Sequence record: SRR22947725_2340
Length of the DNA: 35,719 nucleotides
Reading direction: 5' to 3' (one strand)
Of the stretch, positions 11,289 through 20,875 are shown piece after piece. The notes beneath the pieces were generated by a model. The model had not been told where the DNA came from. It saw only the letters and a program-made list of their open reading frames with translations, and searched no databases. Both the position numbers and the translations under genes were made by a program. How positions within the stretch are numbered: position 1 is the first letter of the stretch; each line of letters opens with the position of its first letter.

Positions 11289-11400
11289 TGTATAAATTTC
11301 GAAACCATTGATATTCAAAACTAAATTCGCTTTTCCTTAGCACTTAATTAGAAAATAATGAAACTTTGATTCCTACAGTTTGGCTATGTATAAATTTCGA
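11289..11400. promoter_or_regulatory. Perfect 14-bp direct repeat TGTATAAATTTCGA (11289-11302 and 11387-11400), candidate operator pair
   Basis: Two identical copies with starts 98 nt apart, in the divergent AraC/operon intergenic region. Confidence 0.55.
11366..11394 (+). promoter_or_regulatory. Candidate sigma70 promoter for the glycan operon
   Basis: TTGATT (11366-11371), 17 nt, TATAAA (11389-11394). The -10 box lies inside the second repeat copy. Confidence 0.45.
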
Positions 11401-11416
11401 TTAATCTAGTTAGCTT

Positions 11417-14400
11417 ATGAAATACCCATTCAATACCATTAAAGTTATTTTATTCTACACCACGCTAATTCTATTTACCTGTGTAAGTGTAAGCCTGACC
11501 GCGGCTAAAAAAGCAACCCCTGAGGAGATTCAGAAAATTACCGAAGCTATTCCCGCCACTATCCAATCTGCAAAGAAATACAAGGTTTTGGTTTTCTCCA
11601 AAGCGTTTACTTATTACCACAGCTCCATCGCTGTAGCAAAAGAGATGGCCCGACAAATGGGTGAAAAAACCGGTCTCTTTGAAGCTGATTTCACAGATGA
11701 CCCCAAGGATCTCAGTGCTGAGAACCTGAAAAATTACGACACTGTCTACTTGAATAATTCAACCAGTATTGAAAGAGGCCTGACCACTGAAAAAATGCGG
11801 AAGGATTTTATTGAATATGTAAGAAACGGCGGTGGTTTGGTTGCTATTCATGCGGCCACGGATGGCGGATGGCCCGAATATACTGATATGGTGGGAGGAA
11901 ATTTCAATGGGCATCCATGGGGGCATCAAGGCACTTACTGTATCTGCAATGAGGATCCAAAGCATCCCATTGTGAATGGAATCTTCGATGGTAAACAGAG
12001 CTTTAATCTCAATGATGAGTTGTATCAATACAAAGACTTCGATCGAAAAAAAGTGAGGGTATTACTTTCTGTCGATATGTCGAAATTTGAAAATCATCGG
12101 GGTGGACGAAAGAGGGAGGACAATGACTACGCAATGGCCTGGGTCAAAGAATTTGGTAAGGGTCGAGTCTTTGTATCCAGTCCGGGTCACAATCATCACA
12201 TCTATTGGAACAAGGATATCCTTAAGATGTGGTATCAGGGTTTTCGATTTGTTCTCGGGGAACTTGATGCGGAGACTGAATCTATCCAAAAGCCAAGTTA
12301 TGCCCTACCGCCTAAAGAAGGAGAACAGGCCCCCATCGTTCGTTTCAAAACCCCGGAAGAGAGCCAGGAATCGTTCAAGGTCCAACCGGGATATTCCCTT
12401 GAGCTCGTAGCGGACAATCCCATGGTCACCGAACCAACCGTCTGTGTATGGGATGGAAATGGGAGAATGTATGTGGCCGAGTGGCGCACCTACATGCAGG
12501 ACATAAATGGTACCGGTACTAATGATCCGGTCAGCCAGGTCGTTCGTCTTGAGGACAAAAATGGGGATGGGGTTATGGATCACAAAACCATCTTCGCAAA
12601 AGACCTGCTCCTCCCGCGAATGATCCTGCCCCTGCTCGATTCTGTTCTTATCGCGGAGTCCAACACCAATGATATTTTTGAATACTTCGACCGTGATAAT
12701 GACGGAGTCGCTGAGGAGAAAAAGATTTGGTTCGAGGGTGGAAAACGCGGTGGTAATGTCGAACACCAACCCTCAGGATTAATTTGGAGTATGGACAATT
12801 GGCTCTACCTGACATACAGCGACTACCGACTTCGTTTGCATAATGGTAAAGTAATTAAGGGCGAAACCAAGGGAAACCGGGGCCAATGGGGATTGACTCA
12901 GGATAATGCCGGAAAAGTCATGTATGTGGATGCCGGTGCCGGCATTGGACCCGTCCATCCACTATTTCCAAATATTTACACAAAATGGCACCCCAAATGG
13001 GTTATGGCGGAAGGTTTCAGGGAGGTCTTTGCCATTGATAACATTGCGGATTCGCAGGGCGGATTTGGTAGCATGCGGGCCAATAACTCTGCCAAGAGTT
13101 TCACCGCAACCTGTGGACAGGCCATCTTCCGGGGGGATCGTTTGCCCAAGGATTTAATTGGTAATTTATTCTTTCATGAACCAGTTGGACGCCTGACCCG
13201 GCGGGCAAAAATCAAAACGGACTCCATGGGTCGGCGCGTGCTTCATAATGCTTATATAGAAGACGAATTTGTAACCAGTTCGGACGCCAATTTCAGACCG
13301 GTTAATTCGGCAACTGGACCGGACGGTACTCTCTATATCGTCGATATGCACCGCGGAGTGGTACAGGAATCTGCCTGGGTTCCGAAGGGTTCCTTCATTC
13401 ACTCCTCCATTAAGCACTATGGACTCGATCAAAATGTACAACGCGGACGAATTTATCGGGTCCGTCACTCTGGCTTCACACCCGGACCGCGTCCCAACAT
13501 GCTCAACGAAACATCCAGTGAACTGGTAAGCCATCTTTCCCACCCGAACGGATGGTGGAGGGATGAGGCCCAGAAATTAATCATTGTCAAGGGAGACCAG
13601 ACTGTGCTTCCCGCACTGCGCCAACTGGTGAAAAACTCTTTAAACCCACTGGCCCGACTGCATGCTCTCTGGACAATAGAGGGATTAAATGCAATTGACT
13701 TGGATTTTCTTAAAACCGTTTATCAGGATAATGATCCGACAATTCGGGCGGCAGCCATTCGGATGACTGAACCATTCTTTCATCAAGAAATAAGTACCAT
13801 TTCCGCCCTTCAATCTTTGGTTAGTGATCCACATCACGATGTTGCTATTCAACTTTTACTCTCTGCCTCTACCAAAGTTACACCTGAAACTCGGGCACTG
13901 GCTGGTTCCGTTTTGGCAGAAAATCCATCCAATACATACCTCAAGGAAATTGATGATGAATTGAATAAGGATTATTTTGCGGAAGTGGCACGGCAAAAAG
14001 AATTAGCCCAGTTAGAGGCGGAAGAAGTGGCCTTACTCAATGCAGGCAAAAAACATTTCGAAGCACTTTGTGCCACCTGCCATGCCCCGGATGGAACTGG
14101 AGTCAAGACTCCAGACGGCAAAATGAAAATGGCTCCCTCTTTCGTTAACAATCCCACCGTGATCGGCTCCAAAGATGTACTTGCAAAAGTCGCTCTCCAA
14201 GGAATTTCAGGACCTTTACGCGGAAAATCTTATATGGGTGGGTTCATGATGCCCTTGAAGACAAACGACGATCAATACATCGCTTCCGTGTTAACTTACA
14301 TACGCAACAGCTTTGGTAATAAAGCAGGAATGATTAAAACGGAGGAGGTTGCACAAGCTCGTGAGGAAACCGCGAGTATGACTCAGGCCTACACGGAGGC

Positions 14401-15259
14401 CTCTCTCCGTGAAATTCTGCTCAATTCCGGGAGCGAAATCAAACTTTGGAAACTTTCGGCAAGCCATGGACAAAAGCATCTGCAATTCCTCCAGGATAAG
14501 GATGAAAAGACGACCTTTGCAACCAAGGCGGCCTTAAAAGTAGGCACTTGGATCGAGGCCGACTTCCCTCATCAGAGGAATGTATTCAAAATCATTCTCA
14601 CTGCCAAAGGTGGGGATTACCCGGGTATGTTAAAAGTGGAAACATCCGAGAACGGAGATTCCTGGGTTACAGTCGCAGATCAGGTTAAGGGATCCCAGGT
14701 TACTACGATTCCATTCGACATGGTGGTGGCTAAAAAAGTTCGGATCACCAGCCTGGAGGAAAAAAATAGTTGGTGGCAATTGTACAAACTCGAAATAATT
14801 GGTCCGGGCATGGGTGATGTTGATCAGTACAAACCTTCCAACCGTCATTACCTCCAACTTAGTGACGCAAAAAAAGTCCAAGTTGGCTGGAGCACCGCTA
14901 AACAGAATCGATCTGTGACAGGAGGAGAGCTAAAAGTGGCAGGCCAAAAGTTTACCCATGGTATAGGCACTCATGCACACAGCGAAATCACCTATGATCT
15001 GAATGGAAAAGGGTATCGACGATTTTATAGCATGGTGGGACACAATGACGGTGGACGGGATACCTACCTGACTTTTGAGGTTCATGTGGACAACAAAAAA
15101 GTTTTTGACAGTGGAAATATGACAAAAGGAGAACCTGCCAAGGCATTGGATATTTCCGTTCAAGGAGCAAACGAACTCAAGTTGGTAGTTACCAATGGTC
15201 AGGATGGGAAACCAGAAGGTGACCACGCGGACTGGGGCTATGCTTTCCTTGTGAAATGA
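11417..15259 (+). CDS. Multidomain secreted protein: ThuA-like + PVC-type dehydrogenase propeller + HEAT + cytochrome c + F5/8C (CBM32-like) + NPCBM/NEW2 (CBM51-like)
   Basis: ThuA motifs KVLVFSKAFTYYHSSI, GGGLVAIHAATD, DELY and GKGRVFVSSPGH. Propeller motifs WDGNGRMYVAEWRTYM and FRPVN..GPDGTLYIVDMHRG. Heme motif CATCH with distal MMP. Discoidin-like segment KVETSENGDSWVTV. NPCBM motifs GIGTHAHSEITYDL and GDHADWG. Confidence 0.85.
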   Translation: MKYPFNTIKVILFYTTLILFTCVSVSLTAAKKATPEEIQKITEAIPATIQSAKKYKVLVFSKAFTYYHSSIAVAKEMARQMGEKTGLFEADFTDDPKDLSAENLKNYDTVYLNNSTSIERGLTTEKMRKDFIEYVRNGGGLVAIHAATDGGWPEYTDMVGGNFNGHPWGHQGTYCICNEDPKHPIVNGIFDGKQSFNLNDELYQYKDFDRKKVRVLLSVDMSKFENHRGGRKREDNDYAMAWVKEFGKGRVFVSSPGHNHHIYWNKDILKMWYQGFRFVLGELDAETESIQKPSYALPPKEGEQAPIVRFKTPEESQESFKVQPGYSLELVADNPMVTEPTVCVWDGNGRMYVAEWRTYMQDINGTGTNDPVSQVVRLEDKNGDGVMDHKTIFAKDLLLPRMILPLLDSVLIAESNTNDIFEYFDRDNDGVAEEKKIWFEGGKRGGNVEHQPSGLIWSMDNWLYLTYSDYRLRLHNGKVIKGETKGNRGQWGLTQDNAGKVMYVDAGAGIGPVHPLFPNIYTKWHPKWVMAEGFREVFAIDNIADSQGGFGSMRANNSAKSFTATCGQAIFRGDRLPKDLIGNLFFHEPVGRLTRRAKIKTDSMGRRVLHNAYIEDEFVTSSDANFRPVNSATGPDGTLYIVDMHRGVVQESAWVPKGSFIHSSIKHYGLDQNVQRGRIYRVRHSGFTPGPRPNMLNETSSELVSHLSHPNGWWRDEAQKLIIVKGDQTVLPALRQLVKNSLNPLARLHALWTIEGLNAIDLDFLKTVYQDNDPTIRAAAIRMTEPFFHQEISTISALQSLVSDPHHDVAIQLLLSASTKVTPETRALAGSVLAENPSNTYLKEIDDELNKDYFAEVARQKELAQLEAEEVALLNAGKKHFEALCATCHAPDGTGVKTPDGKMKMAPSFVNNPTVIGSKDVLAKVALQGISGPLRGKSYMGGFMMPLKTNDDQYIASVLTYIRNSFGNKAGMIKTEEVAQAREETASMTQAYTEASLREILLNSGSEIKLWKLSASHGQKHLQFLQDKDEKTTFATKAALKVGTWIEADFPHQRNVFKIILTAKGGDYPGMLKVETSENGDSWVTVADQVKGSQVTTIPFDMVVAKKVRITSLEEKNSWWQLYKLEIIGPGMGDVDQYKPSNRHYLQLSDAKKVQVGWSTAKQNRSVTGGELKVAGQKFTHGIGTHAHSEITYDLNGKGYRRFYSMVGHNDGGRDTYLTFEVHVDNKKVFDSGNMTKGEPAKALDISVQGANELKLVVTNGQDGKPEGDHADWGYAFLVK

Positions 15260-15263
15260 TTTG

Positions 15264-16304
15264 ATGACAGACCTTGCCCAACGCAGCCCTCTTAATCCGT
15301 TAATTACTCCTTCTCAGGTTAACTCATACCATCCTGATACGGAAGTAGAATGCCTATTGAATCCGGGTGTTTTTCAATTCCGGGAAATGACCTGGTTAGT
15401 TGTCCGGGTCGCTGAACGGCCTGAACAAAAAGAAGGAGAAATTTCGTTTCCGATCATTAAAAACGGATCAGTAGAAATTGTATCCTTTCGATTAGATGAT
15501 CCGTTATTGGATGTAAGTGACCCAAGGGAACCCCGTTATAATGGTGTAACCTACTTATCAACCCTTTCACACTTAAGATTATTCAACAGCGAAGACGGGG
15601 TTCATTTTAAAGATGCGGGTTGGCCTAACTTATTTGGAAAAGGTGATTTGGAAAGCTACGGAATAGAAGACTGTCGGGTTGCTTCGATGAAGGATGGTTC
15701 TTTTCTACTTACTTATACCGCCACTTCCGAAAATGGATACGGTGTTGGGTTGCGCCGAACCTACGATTGGAAAACACATGAAGAATTTGGGATGATACTT
15801 CCCCCTGCCAACAAAGACTGTGCAATCTTCGAAAAGAAAATTAAGGGGGAATATTTTTGTTTTCACAGACCAAGCGGAGTGGGCCTAGGCGGTCACTATA
15901 TTTGGCTGGCTTCCTCTCCGGATTTATTCCATTGGGGAAACCATACATGCCTCGCAAAAACTCGCGAAGGGATGTGGGATTGTTCTCGAATTGGTGCGGG
16001 AGCGGCCCCGATAAAGACCGAGCGGGGATGGTTGGCAATTTATCATGGGGCAGACCATCAAAACAGATACTGTCTGGGAGCTATATTACTTGATAAAAAC
16101 AATCCAAGTAAAGTAGTAGGAAGGAGCAAAAAACCGATTATGGAACCCACTGCCGACTACGAAAAAGAAGGCTTTTTTGGAAATGTTGTCTTTACAAATG
16201 GCCACATTGTGAAAGACGATCAACTTATTCTTTATTATGGTGCTTCCGACAGTGTAATTTGTTCCGCCGAATTTTCCATTTCGGAAATACTTAAAACCTT
16301 ATGA
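15264..16304 (+). CDS. GH130 glycoside phosphorylase, Lin0857-like (putative beta-1,2-mannobiose/oligomannoside phosphorylase)
   Basis: NPLITP, LVVRVAERP, SFRLDD..DPR, YLSTLSHLR, YGIEDCRV, NKD, HRPS, WLASSPDL, PIKTERGWLAIYHGA and EP.ADYEKEGFFGNVVF match my recollection of Listeria Lin0857 throughout. No signal peptide. TTG at 15261 is an alternative start. Confidence 0.85.
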   Translation: MTDLAQRSPLNPLITPSQVNSYHPDTEVECLLNPGVFQFREMTWLVVRVAERPEQKEGEISFPIIKNGSVEIVSFRLDDPLLDVSDPREPRYNGVTYLSTLSHLRLFNSEDGVHFKDAGWPNLFGKGDLESYGIEDCRVASMKDGSFLLTYTATSENGYGVGLRRTYDWKTHEEFGMILPPANKDCAIFEKKIKGEYFCFHRPSGVGLGGHYIWLASSPDLFHWGNHTCLAKTREGMWDCSRIGAGAAPIKTERGWLAIYHGADHQNRYCLGAILLDKNNPSKVVGRSKKPIMEPTADYEKEGFFGNVVFTNGHIVKDDQLILYYGASDSVICSAEFSISEILKTL

Positions 16305-17167
16305 GATCCGAAAAATTAATTTGGGAAGGCTTCCCCGATCATGACATATATAATATTACTGCCCCTTTTCATTGGATGGGACGAGATGTAATCGCTGGAC
16401 GGGTTGAAAAAAGAACCGAAGAACTCTCTCAAATTGTATTATTCGAAAAATCTGCCAACGGTTGGACTCCAGTTCCCAATGCACCGGTTTTTTCTGGACT
16501 GCAGGATCCTTGTGTTACCCGGATAAATGGAAAGCTATTGCTTGGCGGGGTACGCTTCCCCGTGATCATCGGAGATGATCAAAATGCCTGGCAGATGGAA
16601 TTCTTCATCGAGAATGAGGGAGGCAAGTTTGAAAAGGTTCTGACCGGACCACCCAAGATGAAAGATGTTCGCTTCCTTCAACTTCCGGATCACCGAATAT
16701 TTGTGTTAACCAGACCACAAGGAGAGAAAGGGGGTCGGGGGAAAATTGGATTTTGCATTGTGGATTCCCTCGCAGACGCAACCCACGATGTAATTGATCA
16801 GGCTCCCCTTTTTGATCACTGTGTGGAAAAATTATGGGTCGGGGCAAATGAGGCTCATAATCTAAAAAACGGCAGGATTGGTGTACTGGGTCACATTGCC
16901 GAATTTGACGAAGATCAAAATCGACACTACTACGCGATGGCATTCGCAATTGATCCAGAAGAAGGAACCTCTACTCTGCCTGAAATTATTGCCAAGCGTT
17001 GTGATTTTCCGAAGGGAGAATCTAAGCGCGAAGATCTTGAGGATGTCATCTTCTCCGGAGGGATCCAACGGCAAGAAAATGGAAAAGCCCTTCTCTTTGC
17101 AGGTCTAAGTGATGCGGAAGCAGGTTTCATCGAAATACCCGATCCTTTCCTTCAATACGAAAACTGA
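16301..17167 (+). CDS. DUF1861 / GT108 family protein (Leishmania MTP-like beta-1,2-mannosyltransferase/phosphorylase homolog)
   Basis: DIYNITAPF, IAGRVE, LQDP, GP.KMKDVR, TRPQG..GGRGKIGF, GANE, IGVLGHIA, HYYAMAF and DVIFSGG are characteristic of DUF1861. ATGA overlap with the GH130 gene. Confidence 0.82.
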   Translation: MRSEKLIWEGFPDHDIYNITAPFHWMGRDVIAGRVEKRTEELSQIVLFEKSANGWTPVPNAPVFSGLQDPCVTRINGKLLLGGVRFPVIIGDDQNAWQMEFFIENEGGKFEKVLTGPPKMKDVRFLQLPDHRIFVLTRPQGEKGGRGKIGFCIVDSLADATHDVIDQAPLFDHCVEKLWVGANEAHNLKNGRIGVLGHIAEFDEDQNRHYYAMAFAIDPEEGTSTLPEIIAKRCDFPKGESKREDLEDVIFSGGIQRQENGKALLFAGLSDAEAGFIEIPDPFLQYEN

Positions 17168-17168
17168 G

Positions 17169-19142
17169 GTGCGCCTGCTTCTGCTCATAAGTTTATTTTT
17201 CGGTTGCTTGGGCCAAGCTCAAAACTTGCCAAGTATTGCGAAATTCCCAGACCTTCCTCCTGATTATTCTTTACGGGATTGGAAAAAAACTGCCCTTGAT
17301 TACGATGCTTTGGTCTTTGATCAGAACCGGACCGGAAAATTCCTTCCCCTTATTTGGATGGACGATTCGAAAAAGGTAAACCCAGCCAATGGTTTTGGCC
17401 TTCCCACTTATGTTGGGGATTCACGGCAAAACCCGAAAACCGCTTTACATGAAGCAATCACCGGTATGGCATCGGTCCTGAATGGCACCTTACTTGGAGA
17501 AGACAAGTCAACGTATATTCCCATGCTTGCCACCCATTTTCACCAAAAGAATGGAATTGGACTGTACCTTAATCAGGTGGGCACAAGAGGGGATAGTTTC
17601 TGGTATGATCTTTTGCCCAGTCTATTATTCGTTCATCTTTACCATCACTACCCACAAACATCGATTCTAGCAGAACAGTTCCATTCAACTATTAGTACAT
17701 GGGAGCAGATTGCCGGGCAACTGGGTAACAATTTTGATCATACTGGATATGATTTTCACACGAAACTACCGGTGAACCGCGGATGGTCGGAAGCAGATAT
17801 CGTGGCAGGTCTGGCTTGCTTACAATATATTGGATGGAAGAAAACGCGGAACCAATCCTTTTTGGAGATGAGTAAAAAATGCCTTAATTGGATGGACCGG
17901 AGAAAAACCAATCCATACTACGAATGTCTTGCCCCCTATGGTGCTTATGTATCCGCACTTTATAATGCAGAACGGAACGGTACTCACCAGACTGCAAAAT
18001 TCATTGAATGGGTCCTCGCTGGAGATAATCCTAGAAAATGGGGTGCGATGTTTGAATCATGGAACGGAATCCCGGTTCATGGTCTAATTGGCAGTGTATA
18101 TCCAAATTATGAATATGCCTTTGCCATGAACACTTTCCAGGCAGTTGGCATCATGGCACCCATTGCACGCTATGAAGACAAGTTTGCCCGGGATTTAGCC
18201 AAGTGGATTCTAAATGTTTCTTCCAACAGTCGATACTTTTACCCAGATGCATGGTCCCCTGAACAGCAGACCAGTTACAAATGGGCCCAAGAACATGATC
18301 CCACTTTTTGCATTCCCTACGAAGGAATTAGAAAACAGGGAACCATTCGAAATTATCCCGAAGTAGACCGCATGAAATTGGGCACCCTCAAATTGGGAGA
18401 ATCAACCAACCCAGATAAAGACATGCTCCTGACCGCAAACCATGAGGGTGAAGTTCACTACGAGGGAGAGATTAACTTACCCACCGGAATGGTTCATTCC
18501 CTGATTGCAGTGATCAGGCATAGAAAAATCGAGAACGAAATTCAAGTCTTCATCCAAGGAAACCCCACCAATCAGATCAATTATCTCGCCCAAAAATCGG
18601 ATCACCAAAAGCTTTCTATCAAGGGGAAAGGAATGATTGAATTGGTGGTGAGGGCAAAAGGACTACAACCCGGTGAAGTAATTCAAGTCCAGGATCTGGT
18701 GGTGGAAACCAGGTTACCCAATCCGCCCCATGTCGGTGGAGATGCTACTATTCATGGGTGGGGTGAGACTGACCTCGGACTCTATGGTGGATCCAATGTC
18801 GGCTACCTTGCCGCATTGATTGAACCGACCAATATTGAAGGGATTCTTGCGATTGACCCAGTGGCAACCGATATCATAAACCCAGACGCATTTCCCACTC
18901 GTCTATTCTATAATCCATTCCCTAAAGCAAAAACCATTCATTGGAATTGTGGAAAACATCCGGTACGGGTGTACGACGCACTTAGCAATAAAACCATTTA
19001 TTCATCCGTTCACGGTTCACAGAACTTTGAAATTCCTGCCAAACAAGCAATCATGCTTGTCTCCACCCCAGCGGATAAACCCTTGGAAAGAATCAAAGGT
19101 CACCTAATTTGCGAGAATATCGTGGTCGACTTCCAACTCTAA
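17169..19142 (+). CDS. Uncharacterised secreted protein, probable carbohydrate-active enzyme
   Basis: GTG at 17169, 1 nt after the upstream stop, gives a signal peptide (MRLLLLISLFFGCLGQA|Q). Aromatic- and acid-rich blocks RDWK, HEAI, FWYDLLP, EAD, YYE, YAFAMNT and PYEG. I cannot name a family with confidence. Confidence 0.75.
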   Translation: MRLLLLISLFFGCLGQAQNLPSIAKFPDLPPDYSLRDWKKTALDYDALVFDQNRTGKFLPLIWMDDSKKVNPANGFGLPTYVGDSRQNPKTALHEAITGMASVLNGTLLGEDKSTYIPMLATHFHQKNGIGLYLNQVGTRGDSFWYDLLPSLLFVHLYHHYPQTSILAEQFHSTISTWEQIAGQLGNNFDHTGYDFHTKLPVNRGWSEADIVAGLACLQYIGWKKTRNQSFLEMSKKCLNWMDRRKTNPYYECLAPYGAYVSALYNAERNGTHQTAKFIEWVLAGDNPRKWGAMFESWNGIPVHGLIGSVYPNYEYAFAMNTFQAVGIMAPIARYEDKFARDLAKWILNVSSNSRYFYPDAWSPEQQTSYKWAQEHDPTFCIPYEGIRKQGTIRNYPEVDRMKLGTLKLGESTNPDKDMLLTANHEGEVHYEGEINLPTGMVHSLIAVIRHRKIENEIQVFIQGNPTNQINYLAQKSDHQKLSIKGKGMIELVVRAKGLQPGEVIQVQDLVVETRLPNPPHVGGDATIHGWGETDLGLYGGSNVGYLAALIEPTNIEGILAIDPVATDIINPDAFPTRLFYNPFPKAKTIHWNCGKHPVRVYDALSNKTIYSSVHGSQNFEIPAKQAIMLVSTPADKPLERIKGHLICENIVVDFQL

Positions 19143-19146
19143 CTCT

Positions 19147-20874
19147 ATGCACTGGATCGACTACAGTATCATTTTTCTCTACATCGCATTTGCGATTGGG
19201 GTAGGTATTTTCTTCTCTGGTAAAGCATCCAAAAATTCAGAATCCTTTTTTCTAGGCGGACGTTCTCTTCCCTGGTGGGCAATTTGTCTATCCATGATTG
19301 CCACTAGTTTCGCATCGGATACTCCAATCTGGGTGACGGAGGTGACCAGAAAAGACGGTCTCGAAAGAATGTGGTGGGTCATTGTTTCAGTCCTCCCCCT
19401 GATCATCGGTATTTTTCTTTTTTCCAGGCTATGGAGAAGAACGAACCTGATTACGGATGCGGAATTTTTTGAATTTCGATACGAGGGGAAATCCGCGGCA
19501 ATCCTGCGTGGGGTCCGGGCGTGTTACGGAGGAATCTTACAAAATCTATTAACCATTGGTTGGGTCACTTTTGGAATGAGTACGGTGATTGAAGTGCTCA
19601 CTCCTTTTGACCAGACACAGGCAATCGTAGTGCTTATGGCCGTGGCCCTTTTTTACGCCACCTTTTCCGGATTCTATGGAGTCGTGACCACCGATGTAGT
19701 TCAATTCTTCATCACTATGGGAAGCATGCTTGCCCTTGCCTGTATTGCCGTAAGCCAAGCAGGTGGACTGGACACTATTCTTACCGGGATTCGATCGATG
19801 CCTGAATACGGTGAAAAAACCCTCTCCCTCTTCCCCGATTTTTCAACCTTCAATTCAGATGTGCTCAAAATGCTGGTGATTTTCACCCTGGTCTGGTGGA
19901 GCGATGCCAACGGATATAATATGCAAAGAATGTCTGCCTGTCGAAATGAGAAAGACGCCATTCGGGCAACCTTATTTTACTCCATTTTCCAATCATGTCG
20001 CCCCTGGCTTTGGGTAGTTGTGGGGCTAGTTTCCATTGTGGCCTTCCCTGCCCTATCCGATCATAGCAAGGCGTACCCGATGGTAATCAATGAATATCTC
20101 GGGATTGGGCTGAAGGGACTTCTGATTACCGCCTTCCTCGCCGCTTTCATGTCCACTATAGACACGCACCTCAATTGGGGAGCTTCTTTCCTAACCATTG
20201 ATTTATACAAACGGTTTTACCGGAAAGATGCGACTGAAGCTCATTACGTGCGGGCTTCCAAATTATTTATGGTTTTACTTATGATCGCAGGTGCAATCAT
20301 TGCCACCCAAGTCGAATCGGTCAGCGGGGTAATGGAATGGCTCGCGTATCTGATGATCCCCGGAGGTATTGCCTCAGTCCTTCGATGGTTTTGGTGGCGG
20401 ATTAATGCGTTCACCGAGTTAACCGCTTTGGTAGGAGGATTACTTGGAGGCATTCTTTTTAAACTACTCGATTCCGACTGGATTGTTTGGGGAAAGCCAT
20501 GGGGCAGCTTCGCCTGGGAATTCAAAGTGGCTCTTTTAGTCAGTGTAATCTTCCCACTCAGTATTCTTGTTACTTTTCTGACCCAACCGGTATCCAAAGA
20601 AAAACTGATTACATTTTACCGCCAGGTTCGACCGGGTGGTGCATGGGGGCCAATCCGTAAAGCAGTGGGTAAAGTTTCTGGATCCACCCTCACCCTATCC
20701 AGTTGGCTCGATGTCATAGGAGGGGTCATGCTCTGCTATGGATTATCTCTGGCGATCGCCTATGCAATTCTTCTTCACTTTCCTGCCTGTGGTATCTGTT
20801 CCGCCATTTCATTCACGGGTGCTCTTCTGGTATGGAGATGGTATAAAAAAGAAGTGATACGCCTCACTGAATAA
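19147..20874 (+). CDS. Sodium:solute symporter (SSS/SLC5 family)
   Basis: About 13 hydrophobic segments. FFLGGRSLPWW, SMIATSFASDTP, FFEFRY, GVVTTDVVQF, MQR and AAFMST. Confidence 0.93.
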   Translation: MHWIDYSIIFLYIAFAIGVGIFFSGKASKNSESFFLGGRSLPWWAICLSMIATSFASDTPIWVTEVTRKDGLERMWWVIVSVLPLIIGIFLFSRLWRRTNLITDAEFFEFRYEGKSAAILRGVRACYGGILQNLLTIGWVTFGMSTVIEVLTPFDQTQAIVVLMAVALFYATFSGFYGVVTTDVVQFFITMGSMLALACIAVSQAGGLDTILTGIRSMPEYGEKTLSLFPDFSTFNSDVLKMLVIFTLVWWSDANGYNMQRMSACRNEKDAIRATLFYSIFQSCRPWLWVVVGLVSIVAFPALSDHSKAYPMVINEYLGIGLKGLLITAFLAAFMSTIDTHLNWGASFLTIDLYKRFYRKDATEAHYVRASKLFMVLLMIAGAIIATQVESVSGVMEWLAYLMIPGGIASVLRWFWWRINAFTELTALVGGLLGGILFKLLDSDWIVWGKPWGSFAWEFKVALLVSVIFPLSILVTFLTQPVSKEKLITFYRQVRPGGAWGPIRKAVGKVSGSTLTLSSWLDVIGGVMLCYGLSLAIAYAILLHFPACGICSAISFTGALLVWRWYKKEVIRLTE

Positions 20875-20875
20875 A

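Noticed and set aside
17109-17168. Longer start for the orphan secreted protein
   Set aside because: It overlaps the DUF1861 gene and buries the signal peptide. GTG at 17169 fits operon coupling.
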